Source of the DNA: Planctomycetota bacterium
GTDB taxonomy: Bacteria > Planctomycetota > B15-G4 > SIAN01
Assembly: GCA_031409275.1 (NCBI GenBank)
Contig: JANNXA010000016.1
Location: 64,001 to 128,000, forward strand
Length of the DNA: 64,000 nt
Direction: 5' to 3'
Below, one piece after another: positions 47,571 through 57,055 of the stretch (its first letter is position 1; every line of letters begins with the position of its first letter). The notes under the pieces were generated by a model. The model did no database searches. It saw nothing but the letters and a program-made list of their open reading frames with translations, and was not told where the DNA came from. The translations under genes and the position numbers were made by a program.

Positions 47571-48737
47571 ATGATCCTCCGCCAATTCCCGCCAATGGGC
47601 GTCTACGAGACGCTGTTCCGCTTCGCCGAGGTCACCCACAAGTACATGGGCGACCCGGGAACTCACCCGTGGGCGCAGGGCTTCCCGCTGACGACGCCCG
47701 TTCCTGGCGGCCCGTCGCTGCCCGACTCGATCGCAATCAGCGCGACCGACCGCATGTATCCGAAGGCCGACGGCCAGCCGCCGTTGCGCGAGGCGATCGC
47801 CGACTACTACCGGAACTTCTACGGCGCGAAGATCACGGCCGACCACGTGGCTCTCTTCGCCGGCGGCCGGCCGGGGCTCTTCGCGACGCTCGCCTTCCTG
47901 CTCGAAGATTGGAAGGTCGCCGTCGAGGAGACGGAGTACACGCCCTACTTCGATCTGCTGCAGTTGCTGCGACGTCCTCACACGCTGATCGCGAGCAACG
48001 CGCAGAACCGCTTCCGGCCGACGCTGGCCGACCATCCGACCGGGGATCGAGTGGTGCTCCTCAAGAGCAACCCGTGCAACCCCAGCGGCGTCACCACCGC
48101 GGGCGCCGAGCTGCAGAAGCTGGTTGCCGCCTACAGCACTCCCGAACGCGGCGCGATCTTCGACGAGGCGTACGAGTTCTTCTGCGATCCCGAGCCGGTC
48201 AGCGCGCTGCGCTACGTCGACGACATCGACCGCACCAATCTTTTCATCTGCGGCGCCGCGACGAAGGGGTTGCAGGCACCTGGGATGCGCGTCGGTTGGA
48301 TCGTCGCCGCCAAACGGCACATCGAAGTGTTCCGGAACTACAGCTCGCTCGGCATGGGTGGAGTGTCGCGTCCATCGCAGCTCTACGTGACGGAACTGCT
48401 GCAGCGGGAGCGCGTCGCGAAGGCGCGCACGGCGATCGCGAGCTTCTACACCAGCCAGCGTCATCGCTACGCGGAAGGGCTGCGGCGACTCGGCTTCGAG
48501 TTGTTCACGGGAACCGGCGGCTTCTACCACTGGGCGCGACTGCCCAAGGGGATGACCGGCGACGCCTTCAACGAACGCCTGATGCGCCACGACGCCGCGA
48601 TCCTGCCGGGCCGGCTCTGTGACATGGCGCGGCGCGGCGACCGCGGCCCGCTCGGCGACATGATGCGATTCTCGTTCGGGCCGCTGTCGGCGAGTTCGTG
48701 CGAGCAGGACCTCGAGATCTTCGCGCGCTGCGTCTGA
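47571..48737 (+). CDS. PLP-dependent aminotransferase class I/II
   Basis: LREAIA, SNPCNPSG, FDEAYE, ATKGLQAPGMRVGW (PLP lysine), GGFYHW, MRFSF. Confidence 0.93.
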   Translation: MILRQFPPMGVYETLFRFAEVTHKYMGDPGTHPWAQGFPLTTPVPGGPSLPDSIAISATDRMYPKADGQPPLREAIADYYRNFYGAKITADHVALFAGGRPGLFATLAFLLEDWKVAVEETEYTPYFDLLQLLRRPHTLIASNAQNRFRPTLADHPTGDRVVLLKSNPCNPSGVTTAGAELQKLVAAYSTPERGAIFDEAYEFFCDPEPVSALRYVDDIDRTNLFICGAATKGLQAPGMRVGWIVAAKRHIEVFRNYSSLGMGGVSRPSQLYVTELLQRERVAKARTAIASFYTSQRHRYAEGLRRLGFELFTGTGGFYHWARLPKGMTGDAFNERLMRHDAAILPGRLCDMARRGDRGPLGDMMRFSFGPLSASSCEQDLEIFARCV

Positions 48738-48743
48738 GCGCTC

Positions 48744-49841
48744 CTACTTCGAGGCGCCACCGCGCGGCACCCAGCACGGCGACGAGTCGGTCGCTGGATG
48801 ATGGGTCAGGTTCTCGATGACCCCTTCCTTGATCCGCAACGCGCCGATCTCGGCGTTGCCGCTTCGAGACGATGCGAAGAGCACTCGCGTCGAATCGGGA
48901 GAGAACCCGACGATCTTCGCTCCCTCGAGCTCCTTGCCCAGTTCCACCGCCGTCCCGAGCTTCACGTCGAGAAGCCGTGGCGACCGCGAGCTGAGGAGCA
49001 GTCCGGTTCCGTCGGGCGTCCATGCCACCAGGTCGCCCTCGATGTCCGCGACGACCCTTCGGTTGGATCCATCGGCGTCGACGAGCACGATGCGTGTCGG
49101 GGTCGGCACCGCAGCCGGGTCGGCGGAGACCTGATAGGCGATCTTCGTTCCATCGGGTGACCATCGCGCCGCGAACACCCCGACTTCCTCGCGCGTCACC
49201 GGTCCCGGGTCGGATCCATCCGCCTTCATGACGACGAGCGTCGAAGGCGCCGTGAAGACGGGGCTTCGCTTCGAGAGAAAGAGCAGCCGTTTGCCATCGG
49301 GCGACCAACTCGGATCGAGATGGAGCCCGTCGACGTCGGTGAGCCGCTTCTCATGCTCGCCCGTGCTGTCGATTCGGTAGATGGCGCTCGAGACCAGGCC
49401 ATCCTTGCCCGCGTTCCTTGCGTCCTCGCATGAGGAAAGGAAGACGATCGAGCGGCCATCCGGCGACCACCGCACGCTTCCCGCAGCGACCGGAGTCTTC
49501 GTCAAGAGCGCGAGGCCCGTCCCGTCGATCCCCACGACGTAGAGCAGGAAGTGCATGGAGAGGTCGAACCGCTCGAGGGTCGCCGTGTCCTCTTCGCGCA
49601 AGCCGACGAAAGCGACTCGCTTGCCGTCAGGAGAAACCGTCGGCGCGAAGCCGTACTCACCGCGAAACAGCGCGCGGGCGTCACCACCGAGGTCGTCCGT
49701 CACGAAGATTCCGCCGCCATCCCGATCGGACACGAAGACGACTGCGGCCTTGGCGTCGTCCTCGGGAAGTGCGCGATCCAGCCAGACGCCGGCCGCCAAC
49801 AGCCACGCCGCGCCGCCAATCAGAAGCGATCGAGAGTCCAC
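48744..49841 (-). CDS. TolB-like PD40/WD40 beta-propeller protein
   Basis: Repeated (W)SPDG(K/R) motifs, FVSDRDG, SSRSGNAEI, signal peptide. Confidence 0.88.
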   Translation of the reverse strand: MDSRSLLIGGAAWLLAAGVWLDRALPEDDAKAAVVFVSDRDGGGIFVTDDLGGDARALFRGEYGFAPTVSPDGKRVAFVGLREEDTATLERFDLSMHFLLYVVGIDGTGLALLTKTPVAAGSVRWSPDGRSIVFLSSCEDARNAGKDGLVSSAIYRIDSTGEHEKRLTDVDGLHLDPSWSPDGKRLLFLSKRSPVFTAPSTLVVMKADGSDPGPVTREEVGVFAARWSPDGTKIAYQVSADPAAVPTPTRIVLVDADGSNRRVVADIEGDLVAWTPDGTGLLLSSRSPRLLDVKLGTAVELGKELEGAKIVGFSPDSTRVLFASSRSGNAEIGALRIKEGVIENLTHHPATDSSPCWVPRGGASK

Positions 49842-49887
49842 CGCGTTCTCCTTGCAAGCTGTCGAAACCTGCGGTCTCGAAGCTCGC

Positions 49888-51447
49888 CTACCGCTGCCGA
49901 GTCAGGCGCATGCCATCCACTAACAGCAGCACCTCGCCGCGGTTCGAGCGGAGTTCGGCCACCAGTGTCACCTCGTCGACGCCCTCGGCGACGACGAAGT
50001 CGTAGCTGATCGCACGCAGCGCATGGCTGCCGATCAGCCACTCGCCCTGCGGCTCGGCTCCCGAGATGCGCAGGCCGACGCCAGTGCCGGCGACGCCAGT
50101 GACCTTCACCTTGGCCTCGAAGCGGTAGCGGCCCGGTTCGAGGGTCACCGCACGGCGCCATGAAGCCTGGCATTCGCCATCGGCGACGATGCGCAGGTGC
50201 TTGTCGCCCAACCGATCGAGCCGCGCGTCGCCCTCGCGCTTCATCGCCCAACCCGACGTCAGGCGCGCCACCCCCGCTGCATCGAAGTGCAGCGGCTCGC
50301 TCACGTCCGCGAGAGCGTCGCCGACCGCGGCGATGCGCTGCGCGACGGTCTCCTTCAGCGCCTGCTGCTGCTCGCGCATCTCCTTCGCGAATCCGCTGCC
50401 GCGCCGAGGCAGGGCGGCCAGCACTTTCGCGCTCGCGGCCCCGACCTCGGCCGGCCAGTCGCGGCTCGTCAACACCTTCGAGTGCAGTTCCGCGGCCCGC
50501 TTCCGATAGAGCGCACGTCCTTCTGGACACGCGAGGAACGCCGTTCCGACGATGCTCTCGGGGCTGCGTGCCAGGTCGACTTCGACTTCGTTGAACGGTT
50601 GGTCCATGCCGTGCGGGATGAACGAGAGGAGCTTCGTCAGCGGGTCGTGATAGATGCGGTAGTTGTTGTGGAAGAAGTCGTATCCGTCGCCGATCCCGAG
50701 CAGCACTTCGAGCGAAAAGAAGGTGGCGAAGCGGTCGACGTCGAGGATCGCGCCGAGCTTCCGCCAGCGCTCCTCCGCATCGTCCTCGCGACACGCCTCG
50801 AGCAGCTGCTCGATCGCGCGGAAGTCCTTCTTGTCGCCGACGTCTTTGGTCAATCCCTGGTCGATGTCCATGCAGAAGCCGCTCTCGAACAGGTCGCCGG
50901 ACGGATCGGCGAAGAACGGCGCCAGCAGATCCTCCGTGTAGCTCTCGGTGAGCACGTAGAGCCCGAGTTCGCGGCCATCGAGCGAGACGTTCGCGTGCGT
51001 GCAACGCAGGGCGGGGATGCCGGCGGCACGCACCATGGCGCCGCACAGCTGCTGCCGGAGGAAGCTCGGGTCCTCGTTGGCGTTGTTGAGGTGCAGCTTC
51101 TTCAGGCCGTGGAAGCGCTCGCCGTTCCCGTACTTTCCGAAGCTCAAGGTGAAGCACGGCTTCTCGTCGACGGGCTGGAAGCTCCCCGAAGCGCCCTTCA
51201 GCTTCAAGGCCACGCCCTTCCACGTCCGGTCGCCGACCTTCATCGCGCCTTCGACGTAGGTGCGCGGGTCGCTGCGCAGCGATTCGAGTGCGTCGGGCGG
51301 CAACGCCAGCGCGATGGTCACGATCGGCCCGGCGAAAAACTCGTCTTGCGCCGCGCGCTCGGCGCGATCGTCCGCCCGGCTCACGATCGACAGGACGCCG
51401 ATCGTCAACGCGGCGAACCACCGGCGACCTGGAGGAGAGAGCGGCAT
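49888..51447 (-). CDS. CotH kinase family protein
   Basis: VALKLKGASGS, KPCFTL, GLKKLHLNN...DPSFL, GLYVLTE, GDGY..NNYRIY, FIPHGMD. Start is approximate. Confidence 0.9.
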   Translation of the reverse strand: MPLSPPGRRWFAALTIGVLSIVSRADDRAERAAQDEFFAGPIVTIALALPPDALESLRSDPRTYVEGAMKVGDRTWKGVALKLKGASGSFQPVDEKPCFTLSFGKYGNGERFHGLKKLHLNNANEDPSFLRQQLCGAMVRAAGIPALRCTHANVSLDGRELGLYVLTESYTEDLLAPFFADPSGDLFESGFCMDIDQGLTKDVGDKKDFRAIEQLLEACREDDAEERWRKLGAILDVDRFATFFSLEVLLGIGDGYDFFHNNYRIYHDPLTKLLSFIPHGMDQPFNEVEVDLARSPESIVGTAFLACPEGRALYRKRAAELHSKVLTSRDWPAEVGAASAKVLAALPRRGSGFAKEMREQQQALKETVAQRIAAVGDALADVSEPLHFDAAGVARLTSGWAMKREGDARLDRLGDKHLRIVADGECQASWRRAVTLEPGRYRFEAKVKVTGVAGTGVGLRISGAEPQGEWLIGSHALRAISYDFVVAEGVDEVTLVAELRSNRGEVLLLVDGMRLTRQR

Positions 51448-51605
51448 CGTGGAAGACTCGATCACCATCGCTGGCAACGGCGTGACGAGGGCATCGTGTC
51501 GCGATCCCGCCGCACGATCAACCGATGGCGGCCCGCCCGCGGGCACTACGATGCCGCCGCACGACCTTTCGACCGCGTCGCGCCCGCTGCAAGGAGACCG
51601 CCCCG

Positions 51606-52778
51606 ATGGATTCCTTCGATCCGACCAAGCTCGACCGCTTCACGTTCGGCCTGTGGACGGTCGGCAATCCCGGGCGCGACCCGTTCGGCGAGCCGGTGCG
51701 CGCGCGCCTGTCACCGGTCCAGATCGTCACCAAGCTCGCGGCCTGCGGCGCGCATGGGGTGAACCTCCATGACGACGACCTCGTGCCGCCGGGCTCTTCT
51801 CCGAGCCAGCGCGATGCGATCGTCGCCGAGTTCAAGCGCGCACTCGTCGATCACGGGATGGTCGTGCCGATGGCGACGACCAACCTCTTCACCCACCCGG
51901 TCTTCAAGGACGGCGCGTTCACCGCCAACGATCCCGCCGTGCGCGCCTTCGCGCTGCAGAAGACGCTGCGCGCCATCGACCTCGGCGTCGAGCTTGGCGC
52001 GCGGATCTATGTGTTCTGGGGCGGGCGCGAAGGCAGCGAGGCCGACGCCTGCCGTGACCCGCGGACGGCGATCGCGCGCATGCGCGACGCGCTCGACTAT
52101 CTCTGCAGCTACGTGCGCGATCGCGGCTTCGACCTCAAGTTCGCGCTCGAAGCGAAGCCGAACGAGCCGCGCGGCGACCTCTACCTGCCCACCACCGGCC
52201 ACATGCTCCACTTCATCACGACGCTCGCGCACCCCGAGATGGTCGGCGTCAATCCCGAGGTCGCGCACGAGACGATGTCGGGGCTCTCGTTCGTCCACGG
52301 CGTCGCGCAGGCGATGGAAGCCGGCAAGCTCTTCCACATCGACCTCAACGCGCAACGCATCGGCCGCTACGACCAGGACCTGCGCTTCGGCTCCGAGGAT
52401 CTGAAGCAGGCGTTCCTGCTGGTCCGGCTGCTCGAAGGAACTGCGGGCGGCGCTCCCTACACCGGTCCGCTCCATTTCGACGCGCACGCCTATCGCACCG
52501 AGGATGACGCCGGGGTGTGGGACTTCGCGCGCGGCTGCATGCGCACCTACAAGATCCTCGCCGCGCGCGCCCGCGCCTTCGATGCCGATCCCGAGGTGCG
52601 CGCCCTCATCGCCGAGCGGCACGACACCGCGCTCGAGCCGCTGCTGACCGGCTACTCGCGCGCGAAAGGCGAGGCGCTGCGCGCGCGGGCGATCGACGCG
52701 AACGCGCTTGCGCAGCGCGGCCTGCAGTACGAGCGGCTCGATCAGCTCATGGTCGAGCATCTGCTCGGCACGCGTTGA
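51606..52778 (+). CDS. xylA: Xylose isomerase (short, class I type)
   Basis: [79 protein letters not shown]. Confidence 0.97.
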   Translation: MDSFDPTKLDRFTFGLWTVGNPGRDPFGEPVRARLSPVQIVTKLAACGAHGVNLHDDDLVPPGSSPSQRDAIVAEFKRALVDHGMVVPMATTNLFTHPVFKDGAFTANDPAVRAFALQKTLRAIDLGVELGARIYVFWGGREGSEADACRDPRTAIARMRDALDYLCSYVRDRGFDLKFALEAKPNEPRGDLYLPTTGHMLHFITTLAHPEMVGVNPEVAHETMSGLSFVHGVAQAMEAGKLFHIDLNAQRIGRYDQDLRFGSEDLKQAFLLVRLLEGTAGGAPYTGPLHFDAHAYRTEDDAGVWDFARGCMRTYKILAARARAFDADPEVRALIAERHDTALEPLLTGYSRAKGEALRARAIDANALAQRGLQYERLDQLMVEHLLGTR

Positions 52779-52791
52779 GGCGGCGGCGCGA

Positions 52792-54282
52792 ATGGGCCGC
52801 CCGCTCTTCCTCGGCTTCGACGTCGGCACGCAAGGCGCCAAGGGGCTCCTCCTCGACGCCGAGCGCGGCATCGTCGTCGCGCGCGCCCGAAGCGCTTACG
52901 GCCTGATCGAGGGGCTGCCTGCTGGCGCTGCCGAACAGCATCCCGACACCTGGGCGACCGCGTTGCGCGCGATCACGGCAGAGCTCTTCGACGGGGCGCG
53001 CGCGGACGCCAGCCAGCTCGCGGGGATCGGCGTCGCGGGCCAGCAGCACGGCTGCGTGGTGGTCGACGACGCAGGCGAGGTCGTGCGCCCCGCGAAGCTG
53101 TGGTGCGACACGGCGACCGTCGCGGAGGCACGCGAGCTCTCCGATCGACTCGGCCGCCACGTGCCCGTCGGCTACACCGCGTCGAAGCTGCTCTGGCTCG
53201 CACGCCACGAACCGACCCGCTTCGCGCGGGTCCGTCGCGTGATGCTCCCGCACGACTGGGTCAACTTCCGGCTGACCGGTCGGGCGACGATGGAGGCGGG
53301 CGACGCCTCGGGCACCGGCTTCTTCGACGCACGGTCGCGGCAGTTCGACCGCGTGGCGGTCGCGGCGATCGACCCACGCCTCGAGGCGATGCTGCCGCCA
53401 CTCCTCGCCGCAGGCGCACCGGCGGGCGAGCTGACCGCCGACGGCGCGCGCTGGCTCGGGCTGCCCGCATCAGCGATCGGCGCGCTGGTCGCAGCGGGCG
53501 GCGGCGACAACATGATGAGCGCCGTCGGCAGCGGTGCGACGCGCGCCGGAGTCGCGGTCTTGAGCCTCGGCACGTCGGCGACGCTCTTCTGCCACAGCGA
53601 TCGACCCATCATCGATCGCAGCGGAGCCATCGCGCCGTTCTGCAGTTCGACGGGCGGCTGGCTGCCGCTTCTCTGCGTGATGAATGCGACCGGCGTCCTC
53701 GAAGAGGTGCGCGCCGCGTTCAGTGCCAGCTGGGCGACTCTGACCGCAGAGGCGGAACAGGTCGCGCCAGGATGCGACGGGCTCACCTTCCTCCCCTTCT
53801 TGATGGGCGAGCGCGTGCCCGACCTTCCCACCGCAACGGGAGCGCTGATCGGGTTGCGGCCGGGCCTGCTGCGTCGCGGCCGCCTCTTTCGCGCCGCGCT
53901 CGAAGGGGTCGCGCTCAACCTCGCGTGGGGACTCGAGAGAATGCGAGCGCTCGGGCTCGCGATCGATTCGGTCCGACTCGTGGGCGGTGGTGCGCGCGAT
54001 CCCCTGTGGCAGCGGATCCTCGCGGACGCGCTGCGCACCTCGGTGCAGCCGCTCGCGGAGCCTGAGTCGGGCGCGCTCGGTGCGGCACTGCAGGCGCTCT
54101 GGACGCAACGAATCCAGGCGGGCGAGTCGATCGGCATCGACGCCGTGGTCCAACCGTGGATCCACTTCGAGGGCGGCACGATCGAGCCGGAAGCGGGCGC
54201 TGCAGATTGCTACTCAGCACTGCTCGCACGATTCCGCGAGAAGTGCGACCGCCTCTTCGGCGCCGCGCCAGCGCGCTCCTGA
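52792..54282 (+). CDS. xylB: Xylulokinase
   Basis: GFDVGTQ, GQQHG, RPAKLWCDT, GYTASKLLWL, GDASGTG, GGGDN, SLGTS, LPFLMGERVP. Follows xylA. Confidence 0.95.
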   Translation: MGRPLFLGFDVGTQGAKGLLLDAERGIVVARARSAYGLIEGLPAGAAEQHPDTWATALRAITAELFDGARADASQLAGIGVAGQQHGCVVVDDAGEVVRPAKLWCDTATVAEARELSDRLGRHVPVGYTASKLLWLARHEPTRFARVRRVMLPHDWVNFRLTGRATMEAGDASGTGFFDARSRQFDRVAVAAIDPRLEAMLPPLLAAGAPAGELTADGARWLGLPASAIGALVAAGGGDNMMSAVGSGATRAGVAVLSLGTSATLFCHSDRPIIDRSGAIAPFCSSTGGWLPLLCVMNATGVLEEVRAAFSASWATLTAEAEQVAPGCDGLTFLPFLMGERVPDLPTATGALIGLRPGLLRRGRLFRAALEGVALNLAWGLERMRALGLAIDSVRLVGGGARDPLWQRILADALRTSVQPLAEPESGALGAALQALWTQRIQAGESIGIDAVVQPWIHFEGGTIEPEAGAADCYSALLARFREKCDRLFGAAPARS

Positions 54283-54309
54283 AACTGCGAACGCCGTCCG
54301 CGTTCGACC

Positions 54310-55542
54310 TCAGCGTTTGCTGGCCGCGATCCACTCCGGCAGCACCGTCGCGGGGTCGAGCCAATCGCTGAGCCCGGCGGACACCGGCTTGTAGCCGTAG
54401 TTGTGGAGCGGGTCGAAGGCGCCGGGATAGAGGCCGAGGTGGAGATGGGCGAAGTGGCCGCCGTTCTCGATCGAGAACGAGAGCCCCATCGTGCCGAGCA
54501 GCTGGCCCGCGCTCACCTTGTCGCCGCTCTTCACGAAGACGATGGCCCCGCCATGCATGTAGACCGCGTTCACCAGCTCCTTCGCCGCGCGGCGGTGCTC
54601 GACGACGAGGAGCGTGCCCATGTCGCTGCCGCTGTAGACCCAGCGCACGACACCATCGGCGAGCGCGTAGTAGCCGGCGCCATCGAGGCTGGCGCCCAGA
54701 TCCTGACCGGTGTGGTAGACGGTCCCGTTCTGGCGCAGGTTCGCGAAGGGCTGCAGTCCGGCGCCGGGCACCTCTTCGTCGGGCCAGCGCGTGAGCGGTC
54801 CGATCCAGCTCGCGGCCACCGGCAGCTTCTGAGCGCTCGTCCCGCTCGGTGACCCCTTCGTCACCAGCCTCACCCCTGGCGCGACGGTGCCGAGCTTGTC
54901 CATGCCGTCCAGGAACGGCGTCCACTGCAGGCCATCCTCGCAAGCGACGACCACTTCGTCGGCCACCCGCTCCGGAGTCAGCTTGCCTTGAAGTCGACGC
55001 TCAAGGGCGTGGAGCGCGGACACCAGATGCGGATCCGTTTCGGCGGCGAGCTTCTGCGCGACCCGTTCCTTCACCTTGCCACCCGCGAGCTCCTTCCCCT
55101 TCTTCGGATCCCACGCTTCGAGCAACGTCAGCGCCGCCTTTTCGCGCAGCCGCGGCTGCTCGTGGTCGAGCAACGCAACGGCGGCTTCGAGAACCGCCGG
55201 GTCGTTCAAGCAGCGGCTCCAATGGAGTCCGCGGTGCGCGACCTTCCAGTCCGCGTGCTTCACACAGGCGCGCGCGAGCGCGACGAGCTCGGGGTTGCGG
55301 AAGCGCTTCCACGCCTCGATCGCCGCCACCGCACGGCGAGTCGCGAGCGCCTCGGCCTTCGCCGCGCGCTCGGCCGGCGCCGCCTTCACGATCTCCAGCA
55401 GTTCCGCGTGCGCTTCGGCAGCGAGCTTCGGCCCCGCCCCAGGGTTGATGTCCGTCCCCCACGCATTGCCCCTCGGCATCGAGGGTGCAAGCGCGAACAG
55501 AGTCGCCAAGGCCGCGAACAGCGCCGCGTGCACGCTTCTCAT
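54310..55542 (-). CDS. Secreted M23 family metallopeptidase with N-terminal HEAT-like repeats
   Basis: Signal peptide; LLDHEQPRLREKAALTL (HEAT-like); HTGQD, VYMH, VKSGDKVSAGQLLG, AHLHL, WLDP. Confidence 0.85.
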   Translation of the reverse strand: MRSVHAALFAALATLFALAPSMPRGNAWGTDINPGAGPKLAAEAHAELLEIVKAAPAERAAKAEALATRRAVAAIEAWKRFRNPELVALARACVKHADWKVAHRGLHWSRCLNDPAVLEAAVALLDHEQPRLREKAALTLLEAWDPKKGKELAGGKVKERVAQKLAAETDPHLVSALHALERRLQGKLTPERVADEVVVACEDGLQWTPFLDGMDKLGTVAPGVRLVTKGSPSGTSAQKLPVAASWIGPLTRWPDEEVPGAGLQPFANLRQNGTVYHTGQDLGASLDGAGYYALADGVVRWVYSGSDMGTLLVVEHRRAAKELVNAVYMHGGAIVFVKSGDKVSAGQLLGTMGLSFSIENGGHFAHLHLGLYPGAFDPLHNYGYKPVSAGLSDWLDPATVLPEWIAASKR

Positions 55543-55794
55543 CGAGTTCTCCGTACCCCCAAGCATCACGCGGCGAGCGTGTCGTCGGCAACTCGACCGC
55601 ACGCCACGGCGCTCGACGTCATCGGGGAATCGAGCCTGACCATCCGACTCGCACAGGGAAGAACCTCCCGAAATGCACGCTCGCGCCGCCCCTCCTCCCG
55701 GGCGCCGGGCCCCGGGACTCAGGTTCGCACTGCCCCCTTCCGTCGCGACGACGCTGCGCATCGACGCCCACTGCGTCCACGCGAGGAGGAACCC

Positions 55795-56511
55795 ATGGTG
55801 ATGGCGAACAATCGACGCAGCTCGATCCGTTGGGTGGTGGCAACGGCAGTGCTTGCCGCCGGCATGGTCACCGCGACCGCCGGCACCGGCGGTACGCCGC
55901 ACGCGCTCGCGCCGGCTCCCAAGTACATCGGCTCCGCCAAGTGCAAGAACTGTCACGCGACCAAGGCGAATGGCGATCAGTACGGCCGCTGGAAAGCGGA
56001 GAAGCACTCGCACGCGTTCGAGTCGCTCGCGCTTCCCGCCGCGCTCGCCGCGGGCAAGGAGCGCGGCATCGCCGAGCCGCAGAAGGAGGCCGCGTGCCTC
56101 AAGTGCCACTCCACGGCGGCGACCGAGCCGGCCGATCGGCTCGCCAAGGGCTTCGATCCCAAGGAAGGGGTCGGCTGTGAGGCGTGCCACGGACCTGGTG
56201 AGGCGCACTTCAAGGCGCGCATGGCGGCAGCCGCTGCCGCGGAAGGGGACGCCGGGTTCGGCGACGAAGAAGCCGCGACGGCGGTGCAGAAGCTCCCGGA
56301 CGGCGAGATCGTGCTGCGCCCGAAGGTCGACCTCTGCGTGAAGTGCCACAACAAGGAGAGCCCGACCTACAAGCCCTTCTGCATGAAGGAGCGCGTGAAG
56401 GAGATCGCCCACTTCGATCCGCGCAAGCCGCGGACGCCCGAGCAGCTCGCAGCCAAGGACTTCGAGTGCCTCCCCGACTGCGAGAAGTGCAAGGCGGGCG
56501 GCGGCAAGTAA
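55795..56511 (+). CDS. Tetraheme cytochrome c554-family protein
   Basis: Signal peptide; YIGSAKCKNCH, CLKCH, GVGCEACHGPG, CVKCH. Confidence 0.9.
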   Translation: MVMANNRRSSIRWVVATAVLAAGMVTATAGTGGTPHALAPAPKYIGSAKCKNCHATKANGDQYGRWKAEKHSHAFESLALPAALAAGKERGIAEPQKEAACLKCHSTAATEPADRLAKGFDPKEGVGCEACHGPGEAHFKARMAAAAAAEGDAGFGDEEAATAVQKLPDGEIVLRPKVDLCVKCHNKESPTYKPFCMKERVKEIAHFDPRKPRTPEQLAAKDFECLPDCEKCKAGGGK

Positions 56512-56535
56512 CCAGGGGCGCGGCGGAGCCCAGCG

Positions 56536-57045
56536 ATGGCGAGCTCGAGAAGGCGGGTCGTGATCAGCGCGATCGCGACCCTGTTCGTCGCCACCGGCAT
56601 CGGGCCTGCCAGTGCGCCACCGGCCGTAGTCCAGCCGCTGCACTTCGACCACAAGCGCCATGTCGACGAGGGCGTCGCCTGCACCGACTGCCACTCGCGC
56701 GCGACCAACGCCGCGAAGGCGGGCCATCCGCTGTTGAAGGCGTGCCTCCTCTGCCACAACGAACCCAAGGGCGAGAGCAGCGACGAGGCGAAGCTGCGCG
56801 AGTTCATCGCGGCTGGCCGCCAGGTGCCGTGGGTGCGAGTGAACCGGCTTCCAGGGCACGTCTACTTCAGCCACGAGGCGCACGTGACGCGCGGTCAGAT
56901 GGACTGCGCCGAATGCCACGGCGACATGAAGGGTCGGACGACATCGACGGTCGCTTCGCAGATCGACCACCTCGACATGCGCGCCTGCATGGAATGCCAC
57001 GAGCAGCGAGGCGCGGCCAACGACTGCATCACCTGTCATCAGTGA
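56536..57045 (+). CDS. Pentaheme cytochrome c, QrcA/ActA-like
   Basis: QPLHFDHKRH; CTDCH, CLLCH, CAECH, CMECH, CITCH; WVRVNRLPGHVYFSH. Confidence 0.92.
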   Translation: MASSRRRVVISAIATLFVATGIGPASAPPAVVQPLHFDHKRHVDEGVACTDCHSRATNAAKAGHPLLKACLLCHNEPKGESSDEAKLREFIAAGRQVPWVRVNRLPGHVYFSHEAHVTRGQMDCAECHGDMKGRTTSTVASQIDHLDMRACMECHEQRGAANDCITCHQ

Positions 57046-57055
57046 GCGCCACGCC

